Source: Phoronis australis (lineage: Eukaryota > Animalia > Phoronida). Taken from it: DNA of 64,000 bases. The notes beneath the pieces were generated by a model. That model was not told the DNA's origin. It made no database searches and saw only the letters and a program-made list of their open reading frames with translations. Numbering within the stretch: the first letter of the stretch is position 1; every line of letters starts with the position of its first letter. Where the stretch lies: assembly GCA_002633005.1 (NCBI GenBank), contig NMRA01000771.1, positions 1-64,000 of the forward strand. Reading direction: 5' to 3'. Below are positions 12,075 to 23,682 of this stretch, in pieces. The position numbers were made by a program, and so were the translations under genes.

Positions 12075-12196
12075 CGTGGGTGAAGTATAAGATAACGTAA
12101 GACTTAAATACAGAGAATTAATTGAGAAATCTTCAGCACAATTTCAAACGCACATCTGGCGGGAAACAGGTCACGTGTCGGGAGGGAGTCTGGTGT

Positions 12197-12425
12197 GGCC
12201 AGTGAAGGCCAGTGGAGGCCAGTGAAAGCCTGTGGAGGACATTGGAGGCCATTGGAGGGTATTGGAGGCCATTGGAGGCCAGCGGAGGCCAACGGAGGCC
12301 AACCAGCGGAGACCAGTGGAGGCCATTGGATGCCAGTGGGGGCCAGTAGAGGCCAGAGGTGGCCAGTAGAGGCCTGTGAAAGCCCGTGGAGGCCAGTGGA
12401 GGCCAGAGGATCGATGCCAGTGGAT
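12197..12425. repeat. Right-hand remnant of the 10-bp GTGGAGGCCA satellite
   Basis: The same monomer resumes right after the LINE 5' end and stops abruptly at GCCAGTGGATCACATCCTA. Confidence 0.93.
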
Positions 12426-12826
12426 CACATCCTATATGTATGTAATTGCGCGTTATATTGCAAGTTTTCTCTTGAAAAAGAAAGTTTTAAAAGTAACGAT
12501 TTATTTCTTGAAAAGAGGTAGCAAAGATGAAAACAACGGCGTCTGAGCAGTGAACATGTAACATCTCCTGGAAATAGTTAAAAAACATCAATTTTTGGTA
12601 TTTTAATTTCCTATGAATCGGCGTCTGAGTTGTAGACGATATAGTATTCAGAAATTGAAAACTGAGAGAAAGTGTCTTATAATTAACAGTTTTGTTCCAG
12701 ATTTTACGCTTAAGGCCTGGTTGCATGTCGAGTGTTAGTTAAACTGTTGCAACTGTATTACTTAAACTATATTCGGAAAGCTTGATGATCGAACCGGCTG
12801 AAGACGTCGAGTCGACATTGACTTAC

Positions 12827-12842
12827 CTTTTGAACTTTCCAT
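12827..12842 (-). CDS. Possible tiny first coding exon (MESSK + G) of an unidentified downstream gene
   Basis: ATG GAA AGT TCA AAA G|GTAAGT is a perfect donor in a locally CpG-rich patch (12700-12960). No homology recognised. Confidence 0.25.
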
Positions 12843-12979
12843 GTCAGAGGTCGCTATTGAAGTAGTTCGGGAGGTGAATACGGAAAACTTTATTACATGA
12901 CCGTATTCCCCTCGACAGATTCAGCGCGCGTGGGATAAAAACATTTACCACCGTTATAGCTGTACTAAGCTCCATTTTT

Positions 12980-13530
12980 TGTTGTGTTTTTCTAAAGTAC
13001 CATTGATTTTACTAATAGTAAATTCTCTATTTCTACAGTTTTTCAAAACTCCAGTGACATCAGTTAGGCTACTAACGAAATTTTGTTCTGCATTCTACAT
13101 TGATAATGACATACTTTGTTATTAAAACTACAGGATTTATACTGTTGTTACATTCGGTATTTCCAAACAGAATGTCAAGGCCGTTTAAAAAATCGACCCT
13201 TAGGAAATCATCACAAACTTTCCTCCACAACTCTCTTACATAGCTACATTCCACAAATAAATGTAATATAGTCTCTTTATTATCAGAGCAAAATGTGCAT
13301 AAGTCGTCCTCTTGATCTTTAATTAACGTTAAAAGGGCATTTGTTGTGATAATACGGAGTACAATTTTGTGCTGGAAATACATTAAATATGAATCTAACG
13401 TTAAAACATACAATAATCGATAAATTTTGTACCAATCAAAGTCATCAACAGATACAGTTAATCAATGAAAAGTAGCCAGCAGATAATTAGCAATTTAGCT
13501 ATTGTAGTTTGGTCTTTTGTAAATAATGTT
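12980..13530 (-). mobile_element. L1/Tx1-like LINE 3' fragment (zf-RVT region)
   Basis: Translation FQHKIVLRIITTN...CTFCSDNKETILHLFVECSYVRELW matches the C-terminal CCHC region typical of L1/Tx1 ORF2. Boundaries approximate. Confidence 0.75.
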
Positions 13531-13842
13531 GTGGACGATTTCTTTAACCACGAACACCAAATTGAAAACGTCAACACATCTATCAGTATCAATATTTTTA
13601 ACATTAGTGTACACTCAAACTTATCCAGCGAGTAATATTAAGGGGGTAAAATGTCCCATGACTTTTGCACATGTTAAATATATGTATTATGGGTCAACAC
13701 AAGTGTTTCTGCTCTTCGTTCACTCCTGATATTAACTAATTAGGCTAATTACTATCGTACAGCTTCACCAGGAACCCCATTTAGCACCGGAAAAAACTTT
13801 TCGGTATCCCCCATTTTGTTGTATATACGTAACTGGTTAACT

Positions 13843-14046
13843 CTAGCACCCAACCCACTGAGGTTGGACCCCAAATGCAATTTTTCTTGCCACAGGCCTC
13901 TTTCTGGTTTCAATAATAATTATCTGGTCTGACCTTTTACGTCTCAGTGCGGAAATCCTTGCCGTCACTCTTGTAGGGTATCCAGAACAAGAGTCTACAG
14001 TAGCTTGCAGTACGTATTCTTCAAAACAGCCTTCGTCGAAATTCAT
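13843..14046 (-). CDS. Possible first coding exon of an unidentified gene
   Basis: AAAATG start with an upstream in-frame stop, directly downstream of a CpG/CCAAT-rich region. No recognised domain and no strong donor site. Confidence 0.2.
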   Translation of the reverse strand: MNFDEGCFEEYVLQATVDSCSGYPTRVTARISALRRKRSDQIIIIETRKRPVARKIAFGVQPQWVGC

Positions 14047-14610
14047 TTTCCTTCACCAAACTGATGTCGGAAATCAGAAGAACCGGTCGACTTGCTGGCG
14101 TACTACTTAGTTTCTATGAGTATGTTGATCAATGTAGCCTAGCAGTTTATTGGTGGCGTGTAGCTGTTTTTAGATATGGCTCAAGAACCACACGATAATA
14201 TAAGCAAGACAGCGGACGACTTGCAAGGGAGACCGGGGCACATTTGCCCGCTTTTCATGAAAATTACCATTTTCAGAAATTTGTCGGCTCTAAGTCTGTT
14301 TTGATGATTTCAACCAATCCTCGTTCTGTCACTTGCCGCCAACGCATCAGCGTCGCCTGTCTTGAACGATGTAGGGATCAACCGAAATTCGTACTTCCTA
14401 CGTCATAGATTGGATATTATGGTTGCCGAGTAATTCGCTAAACGCGTAGGTCACGTTTGCCCGTTTAGCAGACTTTGAAGTAAAGGAGTTGTCCAATTTC
14501 ACTCCAACTTGAGGGTTGAAAAATGATTGGTTTGAAAACGCTTTCGACTACTGACGTTTTGCAATACCACAAAAACAAGACTTTAGGACAGTCCCAATCC
14601 AGCTCGCAAG
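14040..14610. promoter_or_regulatory. CpG-rich, promoter-like segment with several CCAAT boxes
   Basis: Locally high CpG density. CCAAT/ATTGG occurs near 14141, 14314, 14409, 14493, 14526 and 14595. Confidence 0.4.
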
Positions 14611-14648
14611 TTCATGAACAGAAAGACGACAATCTGATTATGAAAACA

Positions 14649-14654
14649 TTTATT
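14649..14654 (-). terminator. Candidate polyadenylation signal for the distal Src isoform
   Basis: AATAAA on the minus strand followed by GT/T-rich sequence, about 3 kb after the distal stop and just before the CpG-rich segment. Another AATAAA lies at 15404-15399. Confidence 0.4.
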
Positions 14655-17644
14655 GTCACAAAGTGACCTATTTGTAGAATTAGATATACGGCACATGTAC
14701 ATAGGCACAGAGACAATAAGACATGAATTATATCAGATAAAGGTTACAAAAAATTCACTTGTTTAAAATGTGCTTTTACTGACAAACGCATTGAAATACA
14801 AACGCGCAACTGCATTCAAAACAATCAAACAATTCAAGGAACCAAAAACAGAATAAGATTACAAAACTCCAAAATCAAAAAGCTGGAATAATGACAATAA
14901 TTAAACTCAGTGGCATAACACAAAGAAATGCTAAAGAAATTAAGATGATGCAAGATGGCGAATGCCTGCATAGTAAGGTTACTAAGTTATTTCAAATCCT
15001 GCACTTCAGTGAAACTGAGCAGTAAATTCAATGCCCAGAAAGGAAAGACCTGTGCAGTCAACTGTAATAATGCTGAGATAAAATGAAATCACCACCACGG
15101 CCCTGAACTAACATTATGTCAGCTGTCGGCTTTCCATCCAATCTCCAGAATTAAATATTCTTCAACTTGAATTCCAAAAAATGAAATGCCCTTCTTGAAA
15201 AAATCCCAACGTAGGTAATGGGCTTGAATAACCCAACCAATGAAGTAATACTGACAAATGTACGATAAAGTCTCACTAATTTGGGACAAAATTACCACAT
15301 TTGAACTTATTTGGAAATCTTAAAAACATGAATGCCCACAATTTGCCAAAACACGATCTGATGGCAGCTATAGCACAGAAATTGAAAATTATAAAGCATT
15401 TATTTAGTGCAACTACGTCAACATGTCCATCATATTATGTCCTAATTTGGTGAAATTTCACCCTACTCTTAAACACCACAAAAATTTGACTCAAAACCTG
15501 CTGCTAAATAAGGATATAAATATACCATCCCCCATTCTTGGCCCAAGAGGCCTGTCGAAAAAATGCCACACCACATTTCTTAACACATGAGAGTGAAATT
15601 CGAGAGTTATTTCCCAACTTTTTTAGTGGTCACTATCTTCACCCACGCTAACTTCTCCTCAGCTCTAGAATGCTCAGCTCTTACCATCCAAACGCTACTG
15701 AATCTTCATCCTTGGCGAGAAGTCATATTTTGTCACCCAAAACTTGTAACTCTCAGTCAAGCTCAACTTGACAGACAACACTGCACTGACTTCACTTGAA
15801 ATCAACACCAGCCTATCAGTGAAAGCATGGGCCACTATAAGGTCCTGTCTCCAGAAAAGTAAAACATGACAGTTGAAGTTTGAGTTTCATCACTGCTTGA
15901 CAGAAGAGTGAAACTTCATATGTATATCACAAAAACTAATTTACAAGATTTGTAATTATAAAAATACTAAACTTGAAATGTGCACCCTGCATGTCCAACA
16001 AGTCTCATAGATAATGCACTTTCCAATTCTAAAAATAACAGAAGATTTGAGAAAATGGAAGATTTCTGTTCAAAACTCAAATAAATCTTGCAATTTATAC
16101 AGATGCAAAAATTCACACAGCAACACTTTGACACTCTCAGAGAAGCCATTTTCTACTTTTAGATGACACCTTAAATGCTTGAAATTTCAAAAATTACATG
16201 AAACGAGAAGAGTAAGTTGAAAATTAATAATCAAATAGTCAATAATCAAACCAGATAATACTTAGTAATCACACCTTAACATGTAATACTGCATTATCTG
16301 GAAACTGTTATGCCAAATGTATTTCCCAGAATCAGTGAAGGCACTGGACACATTAATTCTCAAAGTGTATCAACCTGTACCGAATGAGGTCATCTGATCT
16401 ACTCAAGTGCTTGATTTAGATCACTATTATGGTAATCACTCACATTAGAATTGATTTCTGAGCTAGAGAAAACCTGACTAACAATTTTTGTTGTCGGACA
16501 CTTAGGTCTAGGGTCAAAATCAAACTCAAAATTATTTTTGACACTTTCTGTTTTAACTTCAATCTATGAGAACTGAAGACAAGTGTCTATTGTTGTATGC
16601 TCAAGTACATAATTGTTTATGTATACGAGTTTCTAATCCAAGTTCAAACTTCATGACTACTAGATTCCAGCTACAAACTCAAGTAAAAACTTGAGATTCA
16701 GAGTTCAAACTAGAGCTTTAATGCTAGGACCATCAAGTGCAAACTGACAGACATTCTGTTTGTTCCATGCAGCTATTCTCACAAAAGAAAACAATCTGGT
16801 GGCAATGCCTGATGTTATTACAAGAGAAACTTTAACAGCAATAAACCCGCCTTGTGCGACTTTTCAGGACCATTAAGTTGGCTCCCTTAGTCAAAATGTT
16901 TTCTGGGGTTTCTAAAGAACTGACAGTTTGATATTATTGGAGATAAGGCTGTGTATGTTGACTTGTCATATTATTCAGTGAGCAAGAAAATACACTCTCA
17001 GCTCTTTGCAAGAACAAAAATCTCTTTTCATCAAAGTATGGAACAAGTCGAGATAAATTTGGTAGCAGTAAGTGGTCCAAATCAAAAGTTAGTGTCCTCG
17101 ACAGATCGCATGTTTATAACTGCTCTAAGACAAGTAATCAGGTAATGTATTAGAGATATGTTCATAACATCAAGCAGTAAAGAAGCACACATAAGAAGAC
17201 ATCTGCATCAAACATTCTGTATATGTCAGTGTATACTTTGGTATGCTATCACGATGTGTGCATAAGTGATAGAAAATATTAAGTACTTGTACAAATCAAT
17301 ATTCAGAATAAAACACGTAGTCATACATCCAAGTAATCACATGAATACGAAAAAACCTTCCAGTGCTCTCTCATTTTGAGACATATTCAACTCAAACAGA
17401 GGTCATCAAACTGAACAGGAATAGCATTAAAAGAGAAAGCGACTAATGCATTAATAACAGGAAGCTCACTATATCTGAAATCTGATGTATGATCCCAAAA
17501 GGATGCAATACCACACACTGGAATAATGTTCCTGGAAATGTCAAAGGCAAACTAAAATAGTTTTGACATGGGTATTACGAAGCATGTCAGACTACGGCAC
17601 CAAAAGCAAAAATCGTTGAATGGGAAAAGGCCTTTTTAAGAAGC

Positions 17645-17847
17645 CTAAGAAGCCTCCTTGTAACTTTGTTCCGAAGAAACAAAATAGTCGTCAAAGAAGC
17701 TGTTGAGGAACTCGAACGTTGGTCTCTCGTCCGGGTTTTTATTCCAACATTTCATCATGACCTCATAAACAGGGTCAGGACAGTCGTATGGTTTAGGTTG
17801 ACGGTACCCACGGTCCACCTGCTCCAAAACTTCACGATTCCCCATTC
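17645..17847 (-). CDS. Src-family kinase alternative last exon 10b (distal): [16 protein letters not shown]...[17 protein letters not shown]
   Basis: Strong acceptor tccttttttcaccttttcag|GA. Phase 1 is compatible with exon 9. Kinase subdomain X-XI motifs (CW, RPTF) and a tail Tyr are present. Confidence 0.9.
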
Positions 17848-18429
17848 CTGAAAAGGTGAAAAAAGGATCAACTGATGTGAAATTATAGTGAATCCCAATT
17901 TCCGCTACATCTTTCTATCAAGAACAATAGTGCGCATCTATTTCAAAACTTAAAGCAGCATTTCATCCTGTTTAGCTAGCCAAAAATGAAAAATAAATTC
18001 AACTAGACCTTTTATTCTCATATAATCGGTCTCGCATTACTCTTTATTGCGATATAATTCTATTCTGTAACCAGCAAGAAAATTGAAACCATCGTGACTA
18101 CCAAAACCATGATTTCAGAATTTCTTGGTGTTGACCAACCCTAAACTTGCAAGTGCGTTGTGCCTGTGACTTAAGTTGGCAACATAAATGTAATCCTATA
18201 ACAGCAAGTACAGTTCTTTTACCCAACACCTAACGGCAGATGAAGGTGTTGAAATTAACCAATGATGTCAAAGGTTCGAATGCAGTCTCCTCAGCAGCTC
18301 ACAACACGCTTACTGGTGTCAGCTTATCGCTTGAATTCATCGTTTTACACCAATAAATCATCAAAATTCGATGTAAAACCCTTACAAATACATCAAGTTA
18401 TTGAACAAACATGATATTTTATTTCGCTG

Positions 18430-20800
18430 TTACGTATTTTAGGTATGAAAATTCATCAAGGAACTTCAGAAAAACAGAGGAAAGGGAAAATATGAAATTG
18501 CCACTAGGGGGCACAAAGTTCGTGGGATCCCTCTGAAAGTCGTCCTCTTCCGTCATTAACTTCATATAAATACACATGCTAAATTTAATAAAGATCCTGC
18601 TGAGGGCTTAGAAGATACAGGCATAGGTACAAAAAAACATAACTCCCACTAGGAGGCGCCACAGTCAAAATTGTCGGAAAATCGTCGTCAACTGTTCTTT
18701 TTATGATAAGAACATACATGCTAAATTTCACAATCATCCTTAGAGTGCTTTGGTTGACAGAGGGACGGAGGCCAAACAACAGACTTGAAAACAGCAAATA
18801 TGGCAACTACGTGGCGCAAAATACCTTGAATCAATGCGAAAATGAATGGCTGGCGTCACCTCACTAATACAATGTAGATGCCTGTCTGCAAAATTTAATA
18901 GAAATCCATTGAGGGCCTTTGAAAACACAGAGGTAAATGTAAAAAAACTAAAATTGCCACTAGGGGGCACACCGGTAGTTCGATCTGTTTGAAAGTTGTC
19001 GTCGTCCGTTGTCAACTTCATATAAATACAACTGCTCAATTTAATAAAGATCCTGTAAAGCGTTTAGGGGATACAGCCATGGGCACAAAAACAAACAAAA
19101 CTACCAATAGGAGGCACCACAGTAGTTAAAGTTGTTGGAAAATCAGTGTAAACGGTCCTCTTCATAGTAAAAACCTACGTGTCAATTTCACAATCATCCT
19201 TAGAGTAGTTTGGTTGATAGAGGACGGACGCCAAAAAACAGACTCAAAAATAATAAAAATGGCCGCTAGATGGTACAAAATGACTCGAATCCATCCTTCA
19301 ACGGGAGGATAGCATCACCTCATAAAAAAACTAATAAAATGTGCCAAATTTCATGAAAAATGCTCGAGGACCTGTGAAGACACAGAGGCAAATGTTAAAA
19401 ACTAAAATTGCCACAAGGGGACACAGTGGTAATCGGGTTGGTCAACTCCATAGGAACACACCTGCCAAATTTCAATAAGATCCTACAAGGGATTTAAGAG
19501 ATACAGCCGCGGACGCCAGACGCCCAGACAGAGATGACGGCAATATGCAAGCAAATATTAATATGTGGGTGCATAAAAGTGGTCACTAGATGGTGCAAAA
19601 CAAGTCGAAACTATCCCAAAAAGAAACATGTCATCGTTTCTTTAAGAGAAAGCTGTTTATCAAATTTCATAAAAATCTGTCTACAAACTACAGAGAAACA
19701 GAGGGAAACGGAAAAAATGAAATTGCCACAAGCGCTGGGGGCACAGTATTCGTTGGATCCGCCTGAAAGTCATCGTTGTCTGTTGTCAGCTTTGTATAAA
19801 TACATTTGCTAAATTTAATAACGAACCTGCATTGGGTTTAGGAGATACTACCGTAAGCGCAAAAAAAATGCCACTATGAGGCGCCACTTCAGTCAAGGGA
19901 AAATCATCGCCAACCATCCTCTTCACACTAACAACATATATGCCAATTTTCACAATCATACTTAGAGTGGTTTGGTTGATAGAGGGGCGGACTCGAGGGC
20001 AGTAAAATGGCCACTAGGTGGCACATAATACCTCGAATCCATCTGAAAACCACCGGATAGTGTCATCTCACTAACTGATGAATATGTGCCAAATTTCATG
20101 AAAACCTGTTGAGGACCTTTGAAGATACGGAGGTAAACGTAAAAAGCTAAAATTGCTAATAGGGGGCACACAGGTAGTCCGATCCGTCCAAAGGTCGTCG
20201 TCCTCTGTTGTTAACTTTATACAAAAAATACACTTGCTAAATTTAGTATAGATTCTGCAGAGCATCTAGGATATACAGCCATGGGCGCAAAAGCAAACAA
20301 AACTACCTCTAGGAGGCGCCACAGTATTGAAAGTCATCGGAAATCATCGTCAACCGCCCTCTTCACAGTAAAAACCTGTTGGCCAATTTTTACCATCATC
20401 CTTACTTAGAGTGGTTTGGTTGATAGAGGGGCGGATGCCAATAAACACACTAAAAAACAATAAAAATGGCCGCTAGGTGGCGCAAAATACCTCCAATCCA
20501 TCTGAAAACAAGAAAATAGCGTCACCTCATTAATAGGTGCCTATTTTCCAAATTTTATGAGAATCTGTAAAAGACCTCTGAAGATACAGAGGTAAGCACA
20601 AAAAACTAAAATTGCCACTCAGGGGCACACCGGTAGTCGGATAAGTCCGAAATTTGACGTCAGCTTCATAGGAACACATCTGCCACATCTCATCAAGAAC
20701 CTATGAGGGATTTAGGAGATACTGCTTTGGACGCCGCATGCCCAGACAGAGATGACGGCAATATGTACCTACATGTAAACATGTGCGCGCATAAAAATTG
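18430..20800. mobile_element. Two head-to-tail HINE/DINE-1-like (non-autonomous Helentron-type) units, family A, built of about 150-bp core repeats
   Basis: Units end at about 19578 and 20797 with GGACGCC-CAGACAGAGATGACGGC, then a hairpin and GCATAAAA. The roughly 150-bp subunits each contain CCACTAG(G/A)(G/T/A)GGC. Homologous to 21330-22645 and 54984-55980. Left boundary approximate. Confidence 0.7.
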
Positions 20801-21329
20801 CCACTAGGGTGCATGCCAGTAGTCTGACCTCTTCATACTGTCCTATCCACAATAAAAATAAGAGGAATATGTCTGCAAAATTTTACAAACATCCATTCAA
20901 GTGTTTTGAATATACAACAGTGGATGTAGGATAGATAGGCAAGATTACGGGATAAAAATAATCTGGAGGTTGGTGATTCTGATTACTGTATTCGCTCTCA
21001 TAAGCACCCAAGCTCCTAAAGGCGCATTCTACAGTAACGTCTTCAATTTATCAATAACATCTGACAGTCCTGAAAAAAATCATTGCGCGCAGAATTTCTA
21101 GACCACGAGCCTCGCTGCTGTATCGGTATTTAGCCGTTACTATACACTTCAAATTTCCGCGATGCTTCAAAAAGAACGGAGAAGTTTTGCAGATCTTGCA
21201 AGGAACATGTCCCACCATGATCAGGCCTTTCAGAACAGACGCAGCGTACATGCCAACGGGATTGAATTGTATTGTATCTTTCCCGTACAGGAATCCAGAT
21301 TTCTTAGTAAACGTGAAAACCGCGAATCA

Positions 21330-22645
21330 AAGACTAATGTGCCCACGAATGCATCGCAAATGGTGTGCTTTTAGGGTTGTTTATTTATGTCATTAAAATG
21401 GCCACTAAATGGCGCAAAATACATCGAAGCCATCTGAAAACCAAAAAACTGTCATTGTTTCTTTCTTTAAAAGAAAGCCATTTACAAACTTTAATTAAAA
21501 TTCACCGAGGATCTTCAGAGAAACAGAGAAAAATAAAAAAAAACGAAATTGCCACTAGGGGGTACAGTGTTCATCGGATCAGTCTAAAGGTCGTCATCTT
21601 CTCTTGTTAACCTCATATAAATACACATGCTAAATTTAATAAAGATCCTGCAGAGGCCTTAGGAGATACAGGTAGGGGTGCAAAAAAAAAATGCCACTAG
21701 GAGGTGCCACAGTAGTCAAAGCCATCAGAAAATCATTGGCAACTGTTCCCTTCATTGAAAGTACATACATGCCAACGTTCACAATCACCCTTAGAGTGGT
21801 TTGGTTGACAGAAGGACGAACGCTACAAACCAGACTCAAAAACAACAAAAAATGGCCACTAGGTGGCGTAAAAAACCTTGAATCAATCCGAAGATGAATG
21901 GCTAGCGTCAACTCACTAATGGATGTCTATGTACCAAATTTTGCGGAAATCTGTTGAGTACCTTTGAAGATACAGCGATAAACGTAAAAAACTAAAATTG
22001 CCACTAGGGGGCACACCGGTTGACCAATCTGTCCGAAAGTCGTCATCATCTGTTTTCAACTTTATATAAATACGTTTGCAAAATTTAATAAAGATACCGT
22101 AAAGCGTTTATGAGATACAGCCATGGGCGCAAAAACAAACAAAACTGCCAATAGGAGGCGCCACAGTAGTCGAAGTCCTCGAAAAATCATCGTCCACTGT
22201 ACTCTTCATAGTAAGACCATACATGCCAATTTTCACCATCATCCTTAGAGTGGTTTGGTTGTTAGAGGGGCGGATGCCAAAAAACGACTCGAAAATAATA
22301 AAAATGGCCACTAGATGGCGCAAAATCCATCGAAGCAATCTGAAAACGGAAGGATAGCGTCAACTCATTAATAGATGCCTATGTACCAAATTTCAAGAAA
22401 ATCGGTAGAAAACCTTTGAAGATACAGTAGCAAACGTAAAAAACTAAAATTACCACTAGGGGATACAGCGGTATTCGGGTCGGTCCGAAACTCGTTACCC
22501 TCTGTCGTAGACCCCATAGGAGCACAACTGCCAAATTTCAATAGGATCCTGCAAGAGGTTTAGGAGATACAGCTGCGGACGCCGGACGCCCAGACAGATA
22601 TGACGGCAAGATGCGACCACAATATGTGGGCGCATAATAAAAAAA
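21330..22645. mobile_element. HINE/DINE-1-like element, family A, nested in the pogo-like element
   Basis: Sub-terminal ATGTGCCCAC at 21337, eight core repeats of about 150 bp, a GGACGCCGGACG microsatellite remnant, and a terminal hairpin with GTGGGCGCAT. Confidence 0.72.
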
Positions 22646-22744
22646 CTTGACCAGAAAGCGCGTGCTACATGCATGTAGGCCTAGTACTCTGGCAAATGAA
22701 CTCTGATGACACGCACACGGTCGCTCACTTGGCACACGCACGCA

Positions 22745-22747
<3 letters not shown>

Positions 22748-22779
<32 letters not shown>
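22748..22779. repeat. (CA)n microsatellite
   Basis: Direct reading. Confidence 0.95.
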
Positions 22780-22781
<2 letters not shown>

Positions 22782-23569
22782 CTTTAAAACAAATGTCGCG
22801 TGACAACGTGTGTTCATTCAGATTTGTCTTGTGTTGCGAAGTGCGATCTTGCGCAGATTTGGATTTAACCCCGACTCCACAGGAACTTAAAAATCTTAGG
22901 GACGCTATTTGGAAAACTTAAGGATTTCAAATAATTTGTTGAGTCGAAACTGTATTTTTATTCAAGAATTCAATTTGCCCTATCGACGATTGTGAGTCAT
23001 TGACGCATCAGTTGGCAAGCTTTCGCTCTGGGATTTCTGCACAATTTTCTGAAAAAGGATCATAATTTAACAACGAAGTGTGATAGCAATGCACCACAAT
23101 TTTGTGGAAAGTCTGTTGTGAGTTATAGGCATGTCACTGACCGTAAATTTGATGAATCCTAGCACCCGTTTTGGAGGCCAGGTTTCAACCGCCTCAGGTT
23201 ATACTAAGGACTCCCCTTTCGAAACGAGTTTTTTAAGTGCCTTTGGGCGCTTATAAGGGCGCATACGGTATTGCAGTTTAAATAAGGATGGTACAACAGC
23301 TATTAAACAGAAGAAACTGAAGTATATGAGGAGATCAAAAAGTTAAGAAACTAAGTGATATTACCATAGCTTGTCACAAAAATTATCACATGTTAAAGAA
23401 ATCTTAAATACCTGTGTAATCATTAGAACCTCCCAGATGCCATTTTTGATAATTAATGGTTAAACAAATTAATATTTGTCGGAGAAGTTCATTATATAAC
23501 ATTGCACACTGCCATTCCTTGACATCATGCACATGGTACTAAAAGCACATTCCAACTTAATTTACTGCA

Positions 23570-23575
23570 TTTAAT
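23570..23575 (-). terminator. Candidate variant poly(A) signal (ATTAAA) for the proximal Src isoform
   Basis: ATTAAA preceded by a U-rich tract on the minus strand, about 2.3 kb after the exon 10a stop and just before the TE cluster. Confidence 0.25.
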
Positions 23576-23647
23576 AAACAAAATAAAACATTGGTTATAA
23601 ACTAAACACAATTTTTCCGGTTTTCATGATAAAGTTGGGTATAAGCT

Positions 23648-23649
<2 letters not shown>

Positions 23650-23678
<29 letters not shown>
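23650..23678. repeat. (CA)n microsatellite
   Basis: Direct reading. Confidence 0.95.

Positions 23679-23682
<4 letters not shown>

Larger units (their letters stand above)
6147..12193 (-). mobile_element. Near full-length CR1/L2-group (Jockey-group) non-LTR retrotransposon inserted in the satellite
   Basis: Contains an ORF1 remnant, a spacer, and an APE-RT ORF2. The 3' end has AATAAA (6159-6154) followed by a short (AT)n tail. Satellite flanks both sides. The TSD is ambiguous (TGTG at 6143-6146 and 12194-12197 is possible). Confidence 0.9.
20986..23268. mobile_element. Tc1/mariner-pogo-like non-autonomous DNA transposon carrying a HIRAN-like coding fragment, with a nested HINE
   Basis: Left end TA|CTGTATTCGCTCTCATAAGCACCCAAG; right end reverse-complements to TA|CCGTATGCGCCCTTATAAGCGCCCAAA. 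TA TSD. The minus-strand fragment YAASV...VGHVPCKI...FLKHRGNLKCIVT...GLEI (21051-21251) resembles a HIRAN domain. Confidence 0.7.

Noticed and set aside
17645-17847. Exon 10b as a pseudo-exon or part of a separate paralogous gene
   Set aside because: It is intact, same length and phase, has conservative substitutions and a strong acceptor, and I found no other kinase exons nearby. It is not formally excluded without transcripts.
18585-22921. Short ORFs with PPSG / LRV..KF motifs, also at 55090-56025
   Set aside because: These are translations of non-coding HINE core repeats.
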